Assembly (NCBI GenBank): GCA_965153355.1
Contig: OZ231126.1
Span: 21,514,001 to 21,578,000 of the forward strand
Source: Flaccisagitta enflata
Lineage: Eukaryota
Direction: 5' to 3'
Length of the DNA: 64,000 bases
This document shows, piece by piece, positions 15,114 through 28,698 of the stretch. The translations under genes and the position numbers were made by a program. How positions within the stretch are numbered: position 1 is the stretch's first letter; every line of letters starts with the position of its first letter. The notes below the pieces were generated by a model. That model was not told the DNA's origin. It ran no database searches and saw only the letters and a list, made by a program, of their open reading frames with translations.

Positions 15114-16060
15114 ATGAATAGCAGCAACGTTGATAGAAATGACAAATACGGTGAACGGAGAGACGGATCGATAAACGAATGGATCGACATTGTGGAGTAT
15201 GGAAACGAAACTGAAAATGTGAATGACATAATTGATGCACGAGATGATCATACAGCAAGTACACTGCGAGCGTCATCTGCCATAATTGCCCCCGAGCATC
15301 ACAGAGTTTTCTCTGACAGGGTGGAATGGCTCCCCCACCTCTCAAAAATACCCCCGGAAGGTAATCCGGAAGGGTGCTCACGGCGACAAAACGCGTTTTT
15401 CATCGATAACGATTGCCTCAATCAAGGCATCTTGAGGCTTTTCTCATTTCATGAACTGGGAAACATGCCACTGCAAAAATATATTTCGCCTTTTTTTTCG
15501 TTTGATCCTTCGGTAGAAATCCTAAGGAGCTCTTGGCAAGTATGTAGAAATTCGTTTTGTACTGGACAAATAATGAGTAGCTCGTTCACTTTTTTGTCTA
15601 GTCGATTGAGCGCAGGTTTTTGTTACAACTACTTTATGCAAATTAGGTCAAAGTCGGGCATTCCAGGTTGAGCACGTTAAGGAATTATCGGTTTTTCTAT
15701 TTCTTTTTCGTCGATCTGTCGGCAGGAAGCAGGGATGGTCGCAAACATCTTTGCTTGTTGCGCATATGCAACAAGATAATCTCGTAAAAATGCGTCTGAA
15801 AGCATCTCCCGCAAACGAGAAATCTTATGAAGCAAGGAGTGCCAGGTAGCAACGAACGCGAGCGCCAAGACGCAATGAATGTCATGGAGCTAGGAATCAA
15901 TGCGTGCCAAAAAGCAGAGTACCATATAGCATGGCACACCATGGAACAAAGGAGTGCAACATGAAGCACAGATCACCTTGATTCAAGGAGCGATATATGA
16001 GTTGGACAATATTACTTTGTACCGAGCGTCGGGGAGCAAGAGACGCGCACTTGACATCTA
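15114..16060 (+). pseudogene. Possible degraded Crypton/DUF3504-type (tyrosine recombinase-related) coding fossil
   Basis: Complex coding-like sequence. Translations CYNYFMQIRSKSG, NIF, and (other frame) LMKQGVPG..RQDAM resemble by eye the order of motifs in Crypton N-terminal regions; stops and frameshifts present. Confidence 0.3.
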
Positions 16061-16099
16061 AATGTAAATCTCTGCGACTTCATAAACGGATCACGAAGA

Positions 16100-16199
<100 letters not shown>

Positions 16200-16752
16200 A
16201 AAATTGAACATTGTTCGGAGTACGGCGTTTGGAGCGCAAAAAGAAGAGAAGAAAAGTGTATTCTATAAACAACAAAACAGGACAAAAGTCGCGGACGGGT
16301 GAGCAGAGGCAGAACTACAGTACTACAAAACGACAGTACAACAGTACATATTGATATACCTTACCTACAACACTAAAAAAAAGACAAGAAACGACTGTAT
16401 TTCGGGATTGTAATGGACGGACGGACCGACTGACAAAGCGAGGTGTAGAGTCAGGTGTCCGCGACTAAAATGCGATATGTCGAGGTATTACTTGAAGAGA
16501 AAAAGAACGGAAAAAAGAAAAAAATCAGGAATGGTAAAAAGAAAAAAGAAAATAAGAGATAAGAAAAGAAAAGAAAATGAGAAGGGAATGAGAGAGAAAC
16601 AATAAGAAGGAGAAGATGAAGAAATGAAGAAGAAAAAGAAGAAGAAGAAGTAAGAGAGGAAGGAGAAAAAAAAAACGTAATCCTTCTTGAGACTCAAGAT
16701 TCCAGTGAATGAATTTCCGCGGAATATTTTTTCGCTTATCTTTTCGCTTTGG

Positions 16753-17195
16753 CGGGTTTCCTTGCCTGCAGGTGAGGCGGCGCATGACTGACGCGTATTA
16801 CCGTGAGAACAAGATACTCCCTAACTCAGTCTCCCTCAGTCTTTCTGTCTCTATCTGTCTCTTTGTCTTACTGTCTCTACCGGGTTTCCTTGCCTGCAGG
16901 TGAGGCGGCGCATGACTGACGCGTATTACCGTGAGAACAAGATACTCCCTAACTCAGTCTCCCTCAGTCTTTCTGTCTCTATCTGTCTCTTTGTCTTACT
17001 GTCTCTACCGGGTTTCCTTGCCTGCAGGTGAGGCGGCGCATGACTGACGCGTATTACCGTGAGAACAAGATACTCCCTAACTCAGTCTCCCTCAGTCTCT
17101 CTGTCTCTATCTGTCTCTGTGTCTTACTGTCCCTGCCAAGTTTCCTTGCCTGCAGGTGAGGCGGCGCATGACTGACGCGTATCACTGTGAGAAGT
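16753..17195. repeat. 128-bp tandem repeat, ~3.5 near-identical copies; degenerate copies continue at ~18175-19020
   Basis: CGGGTTTCCTTGCCTGCAGGTGAGGCGGCGCATGACTGACGCGTATTACCGTGAGAACAAG begins at 16753, 16881, 17009 and (variant) ~17137. Confidence 0.95.
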
Positions 17196-17196
17196 C

Positions 17197-17934
17197 CAGA
17201 TGTGTAGATTATTCTTTCCTGCCGAGTAGCAAAAATTTTCCCCTGTAATCTGCCGACAAGTCTTACTTCCCTAATTTAGTTAAAAACACCAAGAAAAAAA
17301 CAAAAACACTGATAAAAAAAACAAAGTTTAGCTAAAAACAATACATTTTACTCAAAGATTAAACAGGCAACAGGCAGCCTACAAACATAAACTTGAAGAT
17401 GCATGAAGAGGCTTAATGATATGTATGATGAGCTCACACATGCACATAAAAACAAAAAGGGGCATACCTACACACAAACACACATTAAAAGCATTTACAG
17501 TTGCATACTACGTTATCATTTTCCCAGAATGCGACGACGCATATTATAATAATTGATTTGTCAAGTATGAGACATTGCATTCATATCATATTTAACTGCC
17601 GAGCCTATCGCTAATGGCAATGCCGACTGAAATAGACTGCAAAATCTGAATCGATAAGGCAGAGAGAATAGCAACTTGCACGCTCATTTTTCCAGCAAAT
17701 TGAATCACCAATAGTGTAAAGTGGAACAGTTGTAGTGAAGTTGTTATTATAACTGATAGTTTGATAATCTGATTTTGACCAATGAGGTGAGATTTTGACA
17801 AATCTGATGATCAAATTGACAAATCATATCAAATCTAAGATTCACGCCAGGAGATCAAGACGCTCTTTACAATCTGTCGGCAGATTAGGATGCGAGACGA
17901 CCATATGATCTCTGCCTGTTTTTCTGTTTGTTTT

Positions 17935-18019
<85 letters not shown>

Positions 18020-18174
18020 TCATTTTCTTTTTCTTTTTCTCTGTTTTTTTTTCTTCCCCTTCGTTTTCTTTTTTTTCTCTCCTCTTTTTTTTCTCCATCT
18101 ACCGATAGCTTCCGACAGGCCCTCTGTCTTGCCGAGTAGCGGCGCTACTCGCTACTCCATAATCTACAGTGCTG
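17197..18174. mobile_element. hAT-like non-autonomous element interrupting the 128-bp array
   Basis: Imperfect TIRs CAGATGTGTAGATTAT / ATAATCTACAGTGCTG; internal TGCCGA motifs; the array resumes (AGAACAAGATACTCCC) right after it; TSD degenerate. Confidence 0.6.
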
Positions 18175-18279
18175 AGAACAAGATACTCCCTAATATAACT
18201 CAGTCTCCCTCAGTCTCTCGGTCTCTATCTGTCTCTGTGTCTTACTGTCTCTGACGCGTATCACCGTGAGAACAAGAAA

Positions 18280-18441
18280 CAGTTGAACCCCGCTCTAACG
18301 GAATTCCGCCTATAATAGATGCAAATTCACGGTCCCATCAAGTTGATTTCTTTTATTTCCTCTGTTGGCAATAACAGAAGTCCGCCTATAACAGAAGAAA
18401 ATTGTTGGTCCCCTGAAATTGGTTAAAGCGGGGTTCAACTG
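18280..18441. mobile_element. pogo/Tigger-like MITE inserted at the TA of a repeat unit
   Basis: TIRs CAGTTGAACCCCGCT / AGCGGGGTTCAACTG; splits unit sequence GAACAAGA-TA-CTCCCTAAC (left TA now reads AA). Confidence 0.85.
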
Positions 18442-19116
18442 TACTCCCTAACTCAATCTCTCTCAGTCTTTCTGTCTCTATCTGTCTGTTTGTCTTACTG
18501 TCTCTGCCGGGTTTCCTTGACTGCAGGTGAGGCTGCGCATGACTGACGCGTATTACCGTGAGAACAAGATACTCCCTAACTCAGTCTTCCTCAGTCTCTC
18601 TGTTCCTGTCTGTCTCCATCTCTGACGTGTTTCCTCGCTTGAAGGTGAGGCGGCGCATGACAAGATACTCAGGTTCTCTCAGTCTGTCTGTCTCTTTGTG
18701 TCTCTGTGTTTTACTGTCCCTGTTTGCCTCTATGTCTTGCCGCCTCTGTCATGTAATGGCTCTGTGTCTCACTGTCTCCGATTCTGTTGGGTTTCCTTGC
18801 TTACAGGTGAGGCAGGCGCATGACTGATGCGTATTACCGTGAGAACAAGATACTCCCTAACTCAGTCTCGCTGTCGCTGTTTGTCTCTGTGTGTCTCTGT
18901 AAGTTTCTGTCTCTGTCAGATTTCCTTGTTTGCTCGTGACGCGGCGCATGAATGACACGAACTCAGTCTTTCTCAGTCTCTCAGTCTCTCCGTCTCGGTC
19001 TGTCTCTGTGTCTTACAGTCTCAAAAATACCTCAGTTTTGATGAAGATGCGTTTATCTTTTGTGACGTACTGGGTGGAAAACTGTATTGTAAGGAAAAAG
19101 AAAGGAATAGCAACTA

Positions 19117-19292
19117 CAGTGGGACCCCGCAATAACGGACCCGCTTTTAAAGGTTCCCCATCAATAGAGGTTAACATTTTGAGGTCCCAAATGACGGTTT
19201 CTAATGTGATTTCACCTCCCTTTTAAGGTGAACCTGAGATAAAGGTGAAAAATCTTCAGTCCCATTGGGACCAATGAGGCGGGGTCCTATTG
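19117..19292. mobile_element. pogo/Tigger-like MITE, TA TSD
   Basis: TA-CAGTGGGACCCCGC ... GCGGGGTCCTATTG-TA. Confidence 0.85.
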
Positions 19293-19742
19293 TATTACAT
19301 TTCATCTTCGCATTTCTCAAAGAGGTTCTCAGCTCTTCGATAAATCCTATTCGTCTTTTTGCCTTCAACAAATACGCTATTACAAAATAGCACCGTTATT
19401 TATTAAGAAAACTAACGAAATGGTTCAACAGCTGCACATTTACATCGACGTATCGCCTCTAATATTCTGAGGGTGTATGGAGTGAAGCGCGTCTTATTCT
19501 TTCAACGCCTCAGCTATTTTCTCTTCCCTTTTCTTCATCTATCTTTTAAATCATCTATTTTCATGGTTTTCCGATGTTCTTTTTTCTCCGATGCTATCAC
19601 AGCAGCTCTCCATATCGCATTCTTTATTTATGACTTCTCTCCATCTGTTGAGGCATCTCAAATACTCTTTCTTCTCCACGCCTAACATTTTTTTATTCTT
19701 CTTTTTCTTCTCTCCGTTGTTTATCTTTCGCTTTTATATCTT

Positions 19743-19940
19743 TTTAGTTGCGGACACGCAACTGTATAAGAGGCTTTGTTTGTCCGTCGGTCCGTGGTAA
19801 TCCTGACAAACAATAGAAAAACGAGCGTTTTAGATACTTTTTGTGAAAGTTTGTGTGTAGGGGGGGTTTGGGGTGTGAATGGGAGTTGGACGCCCCTGCC
19901 CACTCGTCCGCAACGATATTGTGACCCTACGTCACTTGTT
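19743..19940 (+). mobile_element. HINE-like element with a variant 3' hairpin
   Basis: TTTAGTTGCGGACACGCAACT 5' hairpin, sub-TIR GTCCGCAAC, 3' hairpin GTGAC-CCTAC-GTCAC then TTGTT. Confidence 0.75.
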
Positions 19941-20037
19941 TCCTATTAGCTTACTTGCTCACAACGTTTATGAGTCGCGTTTTTGCCTCACAAACATTTT
20001 AAACATTTCAACTTTCAAACTCACAGACACACAGACG

Positions 20038-20128
<91 letters not shown>

Positions 20129-20969
20129 ATAGTCAACAATACACACACTGAAGATAGGGACAATATGTGACGCACGGTCACAACATCGTTGCGGACGGGT
20201 GGGCAGGGGCATTAAACCTCCATCCACACGGCATCACAGATTTATTGGGTCGGAAATTTCAAAAATCTTTTTTTCATTTTATGCTGAATGGAAAAGTATG
20301 CTGAGCATAATCAATGCTACTAAAATTTTTTTAGGTTACTAAATCAAAAGGCAGCGATGAAAATCAGTTTAACGCCCGATAAGACATTGTTACCACAACT
20401 TTTTCCAGCTATCTTAGTTCGTATGATCATGGGCCATTATATCTAGCAAGTTGACCATGATTGTAGGGGAATTGATTCCATGAGCGCAAATTGTTGAAAA
20501 AATCACTTCAGTCAAAGTCACTCTTTACCCCTCGGAGTTCACGGGAAAGATACCTTGGCAAAATCCATAACAACATTGTAGTTATTTCCTTGATATGTTG
20601 CCGCAAAATTGAAGCCCGACGAATTTGCTTTTTGCTAGTTCCTTTTATATTTTTTTGGAACAAAGATAAATTCCTGAGCATTTCGCAACTGATTTTGGTT
20701 TCACTGTATGCTACTTCAGAAACAGACTCTTGTATGAGATATGCCCCAACCCACCCCTCACACTCAAACATACACAAAAAGTATCTAAAAGTAAAACACT
20801 CATTTTCCCACTTTTCAACTTGATAACCCCGGACGGACCAACGGACCAACGTACTGAGTCAGTACTACTGACGGACGGACAAAGCCTCTTATAGAGTTGC
20901 TTGTCTGCAACTAAAAAGGCATTACTATCTTGCTAATAGATATATCACCATCTCAAAACTTTTGAGTCA

Positions 20970-21130
20970 AAAGAAGCATCAACTTTGGAAAAGTGTTGCT
21001 CCTAAATGATTAAAGCTATTATAACCAGATTGGTCTCATTTTGAATATTTATTATAACTCGTTAAATTGCGACCAATCTGGTAATTGTAATTATATAGGA
21101 GCACCACTCTTCCAAAGTTAAGGTTTCTTT
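20970..21130. mobile_element. Short palindromic MITE; related copy at ~43899-44049
   Basis: AAGAAGCATCAACTTTGGAAAAGTGTTGCTCCTA ... TAGGAGCACCACTCTTCCAAAGTTAAGGTTTCTT; a similar end AAGAAGTATCAACTTTGGAA lies at ~43900. Confidence 0.7.
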
Positions 21131-21368
21131 CTAGATGTTAATATGATAATTAGCAAGAAAGTAGCACTGGGAATCTAATCGGTGGCTCATCACGTGGCCA
21201 CCACCCGGGCCGATTGCTATATTTCTGTACGTGTTTATAAACGTTTCGTCGTCTTTAGCGTCGTCACCGTCGTCGTTGACGTCGTCAGCTTCTTCCATTG
21301 AGCCGTTTGAATGTTTTAAAGAGCAAATCAAAATCATACGCGCTGAGAGTAAATCACGATATAATATA

Positions 21369-22652
21369 GGGGGGGTGGGGTAATGTGGGCCATTTGCGAA
21401 CATTTTTTCAGATTTTTTTTCATACACTTTATAATTGAATTTCTGAACTGTGCTTGGGATATAGCATTTGTGCATGGCTATTAGCCTACCTAGAAAGAAA
21501 TTTTGTGAGGGGCCCCTAGGGGCCCCTTTTTTAAAAAAGGGAGGTGGCCCACATTGGCCCACCAAGTGGGGTAATGTGGGCCACCCTCGTTTTTTAAAAT
21601 AATGGAGCCTGTAAGCCCCCATAATCAATTTGCCAAGGGTCAAAACAACACGTTCCAGTACAATATTTGATAAATGGTATCTGCTGAAGTAGTACACATT
21701 AATATGGTTATGTTAATATGTACCTGTATAACTATATCTGTCATGCTAGGGAAAGTCATTGAGTAGCATCATAACGGGTGTTCAAATAAAAAGTGAAGGT
21801 ATTTTCTAAATATTAAACATTTAAAAATGTTTTTAAGAAATAATAACGTAATAATTATTGCTTTGAAATATTTCATAACATAGTAAAATGATTTAATTTT
21901 AATTATTTAGTAGAATTGAATCAATTAAATTCAAAACATTCTTATTAATAACATATTATAATATCTACACTAAAAGACAGACTTTCCTAATTATAACTGT
22001 CACTGTATCTTTAAGAAAATTTTTTTTATAAGAAATCAATTTAATCACAACATAATACTAAAAAAATATTTGTATATTTTACACCATATTGAAACTAATT
22101 TTTATTAGAACACCCGTTATGTAACTTTCAGATAAAAAAAAAAGAAATTGGGCAAGTTTGATATCCAGAATGATTTATAGATAACATCAGGTGTCCCTGA
22201 TGCCAAAGTAGAGTCTCCTGTGTCATTGCCAGTCAAAAGTCAACGGTGGCCCACATTGCCACCTAGGTTCAAGTCGTAATTTGTATGCATAAATCATAGA
22301 TGGGTGCACCCATATTCCTACAGCTACTTCTTTTATGATTCTATTTTCCATTCTAAGAAAAAATTTTTTTGCGAAATCAATATTTTTGCAGTTATAAAAA
22401 GTTTTGTCGAACAAGTAAAAATTTCACTTCACAAAACAGCAAAAATGATCCTGCGTTCAGCTGCCCAGCGCCTGCGGCGGCTGCAGCAGCTGCAGCGTAT
22501 TGTTACTATAGCAACTTCTTTACCCACTGTAACTAGCAGGATCATTGGTAATGTTGAACTATTGACAGTCAGTTGATGAGCATGTCGCATAGTTGATGAT
22601 GTCGATCAAGTGGCCCACATTGCCCCTGGCCCACATTGCCCCACCCCCCCCC
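21369..22652. mobile_element. TA-TSD DNA transposon derivative (Tc1/mariner/pogo-like), copy-A specific
   Basis: TIR GGGGGGGTGGGGTAATGTGGGCC / GGCCCACATTGCCCCACCCCCCCCC with TA on both sides; empty site GATATAATATACTTCC at ~47578-47593; internal GGCCCACATTG repeats. Confidence 0.92.
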
Positions 22653-22699
22653 TACTTCCAACTCGACGTTCCGCGGTCGCGTCAGCACCACCATCAGCG

Positions 22700-22895
22700 T
22701 CAACGCAAGCGCCACCGTCAGCGCCACCGTCAGCGCCGCCGTCAGCGCCACCGTCACCCTTTACGTCTCCGCCAGCGTTACTTTCAGTGCCACCGTCAGC
22801 GCTACCGTCAGCGCCACCGTCAGCGACACCGTCAGCGCCACCGTCAGCGCCACCATCAGCACCACCGTCAGCGCCACCGTCAGCGCCACCGTCGG
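22700..22895. repeat. 12-bp GC-rich minisatellite (GCGCCACCGTCA)n; homolog at ~47640-47835
   Basis: Directly visible. Confidence 0.9.
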
Positions 22896-22975
22896 CCCAG
22901 CGCACCTGAAATCGCAACCGCATGTTTCTCTACGTTTTTCAACTTAAAAGCCTCATTTCGATTGACTGAAAGGTC

Positions 22976-23015
<40 letters not shown>

Positions 23016-23368
23016 AGCACCGTCATTTCTACTTTTAACTGACATTTCCGCCATTTGACTCAATGGGGGAGTGTGGTGGGCGAGATTTCGACGTACTTGC
23101 GAAATTAAATCGCTAAATATGGCCATTCCTTCAAAATCAATCGGTATAATAGCTCACGAAATGGAAAATCGCAAAAATAATCTAAAATATCTGCTATTCT
23201 CTTGATAAAAACCAATACAATAAATCTTTTTCGTTGCCCTCTAATGATCACAGATCGAAGCGGATGATCTGAACAGCCTATTTCCATTTTGTTGCTTCAG
23301 TTTCCACTGCTTCAATATGCAGATGAATCTTCAATGTTGAAATTTCCTTAAATCTGATTTTTCTTTGC

Positions 23369-23440
<72 letters not shown>

Positions 23441-24483
23441 GTCAGTCAGTCTTTGACTTGGGTCGCGAATTATGAACAGAATCGTATCATGAAACGACCT
23501 CATCATCCTTCTCGAAGCAACTGAGAGGAAAAATGCAACAGCCGAAAAATTCTTTAGATATCACACGAGGAAAAGAGACTGAATGTTAGTGAATTCTTTT
23601 ATAGTGTGCAAGCGACTCCACATAGTCGGTCGTACGGTCGGTCAGTCTATTCGTCCAAAAGCTCGTCATACATCGCATTTTCATTTGAATGTGATTTTAC
23701 CTCAATGTCCCTACCTTAATGCTTACATGACTCACCGATATCGTTTTCATGGTCCATCCGCACGCGATTGAAGAATCAAGAAGCCGTTTATCCAGTCTTG
23801 TTTTCTTTTTCTCATGTTGATACTGTATGTGCGCTAGTTGGATGATATCCGGACGAGAGGGTATCTCCGCAAGGGCGTGAAGCCCATAATATAACAGAAT
23901 AGAAGCGTTGGCAAGAGCGACCGAGCGTCTGGGGGTCTCGCGTAACGACCCTCGTAAAGAAACAAACTCGTTTTTGGGGATCCCTGAAAATGTATCTTTT
24001 CAAATTCAAGACGGGCTTAACACTTCTTTGTACTCGCCTTCGCTGATGAGCCCGACTTGAGATTCGGGATGAGGATTAAGAGTTTTAGGGACGACCACCA
24101 GGCCTACCACAGTACCACATGTGCCCCTCCATCCTTCTAAGACTCTTTCCGTTCATCCCTTCACTTGTTATCGCCTCTTTGGCTATTCTTCATTCTATTA
24201 ACAAGATTTTTTTACTTTTTTTACAGATTTGGACGCTTCGTAAAAATCGACAAAGGAAAAAAAGTGTGAATAGAATCTTCGCTTCGCCCGGACGAGAGAT
24301 TCTGCGCCGAGTCCGACCCACGAATAAAAAAAACACCGATGGATTTGATTATGTCGCGTCGTCTAATATTTTCTTCAACTTCATCAACATATTCATAAAA
24401 GTATCTGATGCTCGTGAGCAACTACGTCCAGCGAAAGCCAACATAATCAACATCGATGAGGATTGGAAGTAACGTGGAAAGAA

Positions 24484-24665
24484 AACAAGGCCGGATACAC
24501 GGCCCCCAGTTGCGTACGGGTGGGCAGGGGCGGAAATGCGCGTTTTCCCACTTTTCGACTCGATCATTACGGACCAACGGACGGACCGATGGACGGACCG
24601 ACGGACGGACGGACGGACGGACGGACGGACAAAGCCTCTCATAGAGTTGCGTGTCCGCAACTAAA
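24484..24665 (-). mobile_element. HINE family 1, copy-A specific
   Basis: Same architecture as 12921; absent at the homologous A-rich site ~50580. Confidence 0.88.
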
Positions 24666-25950
24666 AAGAATCGTCATCAGCAATGAAATGTGATCGTGCC
24701 AAATGAACGTTTTTTGCTTGGGCTATGTTATGCCGATTCGCGTCCGCTCCGTTACGGAGTGAAGCAATTACAAAAAGTCACAATTCGGCTTACATTGTGA
24801 TCGACCGTCGTTGGTATCGAGTTCGTTGATATCATGATACCATGTGATACCATGTGACATGTGATACCATGTGATAGTGTTAGTCCGTCACTTGTCGCAA
24901 CATCCGTAATCTAATCACTAATCAACGATACAATCACGTCACCTGTTAATCGAACAACGATCTATAATCGCGTGCTTCATTTGTATCGATCAACCAGTTT
25001 GGCGGCCACCGATATATGTGCGCATCGTAATTGCGAAACGTGATATGGCTTCGCCCGCTTCCTGGCCAACGATACAATCTCTCGTGTCTCACTCTCGTCG
25101 TCTAGCAATACATTGTCGCTGACAACCATCCCCGACCAAAGTGCATCGTCAAACGCGTCATGATCAATTCGAATCGATCGACGAGAAAAAACGCCTCTGA
25201 CGACCGCTTGGGTAAGAATCACTCTTTGGATTACTTTACGCACGGCTTAGAACACGGCTTAAAACACACTCATCTACTCGAGCAAACGTCGATCGACGGT
25301 CAACAAAATTGCAAAACGTCATTCGAAATCGACGAGGCAGCTTCCTCTTCCTCGACAACGTCGTCGTTGTCGTATGGATAAACGACGACCGAATTTACAC
25401 TATCTCTTCCATACTTCACCGCCAGCTCACTGCTCAGTAGGTAAGTTAGGTTGGGAAAGTGGGTGAATGGGGGGGGGGGGGAGGGGAAGGGGAGTTAGGA
25501 ACAAGACAAAATCATAGCAGTCCCTTGTTCTGGATTTTTAATTGCAACTAAAAGATCTATCGTATTCTTTCATTGTGTCGTATATGTGATCCTCAATGTT
25601 GCAAAAGTGTAGGTATTTTGTCGATTTCAGTTCCCTGTTCGTCCAAAAATCAGCCAATCTCCATCCACTCCGTCATTTAGACCAACGAGCATTTAGGAAT
25701 GTGAGACGCAGCAGTTTCCTTCAATCTATTCTCGAACAAGTTGTGTTGTATTTAGAACCAAAAGGAAAAAAAAAAACAAAATAAAAAAGAAAAGAAAAAC
25801 TGTGGTGGTCCTCCACTTTTTTCTGTCTGATTTTTTCTCTCTAGATATTTTTAAGGGCTTTTGTTTTTCTTCTCTCTGTCGAATTTGCGTCTGTTGAGGC
25901 GGAAAAAAGGAAGCTTGTCAAACAATGCCTGTCGTGCTGACTGTCGATTT

Positions 25951-26091
<141 letters not shown>

Positions 26092-26175
26092 TTAGTGGTT
26101 GTGGTGGTGGTGGTGGTGGTGGTGGTGTTGGTGGTGGTGGTGGTAGTGGTGGTGGTGGTGATGGTGGTGGTGATA

Positions 26176-26779
26176 AATATGGCAAAAATAAGAATGACAG
26201 TAATTTTCAAAGTGGCACTACAAGCCCATTTTTTGGAAAAACTTCAAATCCTTTTAGGTGGTAGTAGTATGCCAAATTTGTGACTCAGCAAAAAAATCAG
26301 AACTCAAAAAAGTTGATTTTTGTGGCTGTAGCGACAATTTTTGACTAATTTGTCAAATGATGATTTGCCAATGGCGTATGATTTTCACTTGACATAAAAT
26401 TGTAACTGCAAGCTTTTTTTTTTAAGCAGCCTCAAAAATCTTCTCAGGCGTTCATAGTATGTTGATTTTGTGACTCAGCAAAAAAAATCAGAACTCTTAA
26501 AAGTTCATTTTTGTACCTGTAGCATAATTTTTTGTAAAAGTTGTCAAAATGAATTTTCTAAAAGTTGTAAATATGGAGTTTTTTCCCTTCTTTACTTTCT
26601 GATGTTTTTTCACAAAAAATGATGCTACGGGCTCAAAAATTAACTTTTTTGGGTTCTGATTTTTTTGCTGAGTAGGTAATTTGATTAATTATTACTCCCT
26701 AAGAGGATTTTAAGCAGATGAAAAAGATAAGCGCGTAGGAGTATATTGAAATTACTTTCTTTTTTTTCTTTGCCATGGT
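26176..26779. mobile_element. TA-TSD MITE, copy-A specific
   Basis: TA-AATATGGCAAAA...TTTGCCATGGT-TA with imperfect ~33 bp TIRs; empty site GATGATAGTGGTGG at ~52015-52028. Confidence 0.85.
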
Positions 26780-27015
26780 TAGTGGTGGTGAGGGGAAGGA
26801 TGTTGTTGGTGGTGAAGATGGTGACTGGTGTTGATGGTGGTGGTGTTGATGTTGTGGTTGCAACTGATGTGATTGCGCCCGATAACAACGCTTTCTCATC
26901 GCTTTATCTTTGCTTCGTTTACAAGCTTCATTGCTCCCAACTAAATCCCTCCACTCAATCTCCGTTCAACTCTCCAAGGGCTTTGCTTCTATTTGCATTC
27001 CCTTTTTTTCTTCTT

Positions 27016-27176
27016 TTTAGTCGCGGACACGCGACTCTACACCTTGCCGTGTCGGTCGGTAGGTCCGTCCGTCGGTCCGTCCGTCCGTCCGTCACATTTT
27101 TGAATTTCGAGCGGTTTTCGCACTACTGCTCCTGCCCAACCGTCCGCGACTGGATTGCCGTGTATCCGGCCTTGTT
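27016..27176 (+). mobile_element. HINE family 1, copy-A specific
   Basis: TTTAGTCGCGGACACGCGACT...(GTCC)n...GTCCGCGACT...GCCGTGTATCCGGCCTTGTT; the empty site is a T-run at ~52254-52261. Confidence 0.9.
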
Positions 27177-27667
27177 TTTATTGTGTTAGTCGAACAGTCG
27201 GTCGGAAAGTACATTGACGTTTTCTTCAAGTATTTCTACATCATTGTAAATTTCTATTCATTTTTTCCTCTTCTTCTTCTTCTTCTTCTTCTTCTTCTTC
27301 TTCTTCTTCTTCTTCTTCTTCTGCTTCTTCTTCCTCTACTGCTTCTTCTTCTTCTCCTTCTTCCTCTACATCACAATCACATATCTTTTATTTCTCAGGT
27401 TTATTTCTCAGGTTTATTTCTTAATTTTTTATAATTTTATTTCCATTCTTGGACGAAAATAACAGATAACAGATTCCAACATTTTGATCTTTATCAGTCT
27501 GTTTTTGCCTCTCGATTGAATTTGATCTTTTTTTTTCTTCGCACAATTCGTTTTTCTGCTTCGTCTCTCTTCTCTTGTTTTTCCGTCTCAGTCTCAAGCG
27601 TGTTTTGAATCGTGTTATGATGGATTGATGAAGTGACAAAGGGACCCAAGGAAACTAGGCACAAAGA

Positions 27668-27762
<95 letters not shown>

Positions 27763-28698
27763 TGCGATTGTTTGGGATGATATGTGATTTAGTTCTGGAA
27801 AATTTAAATGTACAATTAAAATGGGCGAGTTACTTTCGGCTGCAAGTTGCAACGCATTGCAAAAGTCCATCAAGTCAAGTACGAAAGATGGACAGAGGGA
27901 TGGACCCATGGACCAACGGACCAACGGACCATCGAACAAATGGATAATGCCTCTCACACTGAACGCATCCAAAAAAATCCCAATCAGTTTGTTCCCCTGA
28001 GACGCTGAGGGATTTTGAACCGCGTTTCCAGAAGGGGGAATTTGATAGATGACGGATGGGAATTGTTTCCCTTTTCCTACGCAACGAAAATTGACAGTTA
28101 ATTTGAAATTTACAGTTTTTTTTGTATCATTTGAACACACTATCTTTTATTATAAATCGATACAAAACATAACAATTTATGGTATTCAATGCAATACAGT
28201 CTTCTATAGCGCACCCGCTAATAAGGTATCCCTGAATAAAAGGCATGATTTTTTTTTCATTTCATGGTAAGGTTCACTTTGTATCCACAGCAAACTCGAC
28301 CTGCACACTGCAACCTGACACAAATAAGTCGTTTAAAACACCATACTTTAACAACGCACATCCCCTACGCAGTTATCTAATGTCTTAGAACTCTATCTGA
28401 CTTACATGCCGATCGAAACTGACAGCTGCACCAGAGAACACATCAACACAAAAACATGAGATCGAGATACTAGATACTCAACGCATGTCATAACCGCAGA
28501 GAAAAAATAAGGAAGAAAAGAAAGGAGGAATTCCCAACTGGATTTATACTTTATATATACAAAGTGACTTCGGCGCGGTCGAGGTTGATGGAATTTGATT
28601 CCGTTGGGGAAAGGAAGGGAAAAATAGAGAAGGAGAAGAAGAAGAAGTAGATGAAGAAGAAGAAGAAGAAGAAGAAGAAGAAAAAGAAAAAGAAAAAG

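Noticed and set aside
23736-23983. Minus-strand candidate exon (TTTTCAG...GTGAGT) with an 82-codon frame open in both copies
   Set aside because: Differences between copies are mostly non-synonymous and no protein family is recognisable.
24042-24075. CTGATGAG followed by a CCCGA/TCGGG stem, resembling a hammerhead ribozyme core
   Set aside because: No GAAA after stem II, no stems I/III found, and the stem is altered in copy B.
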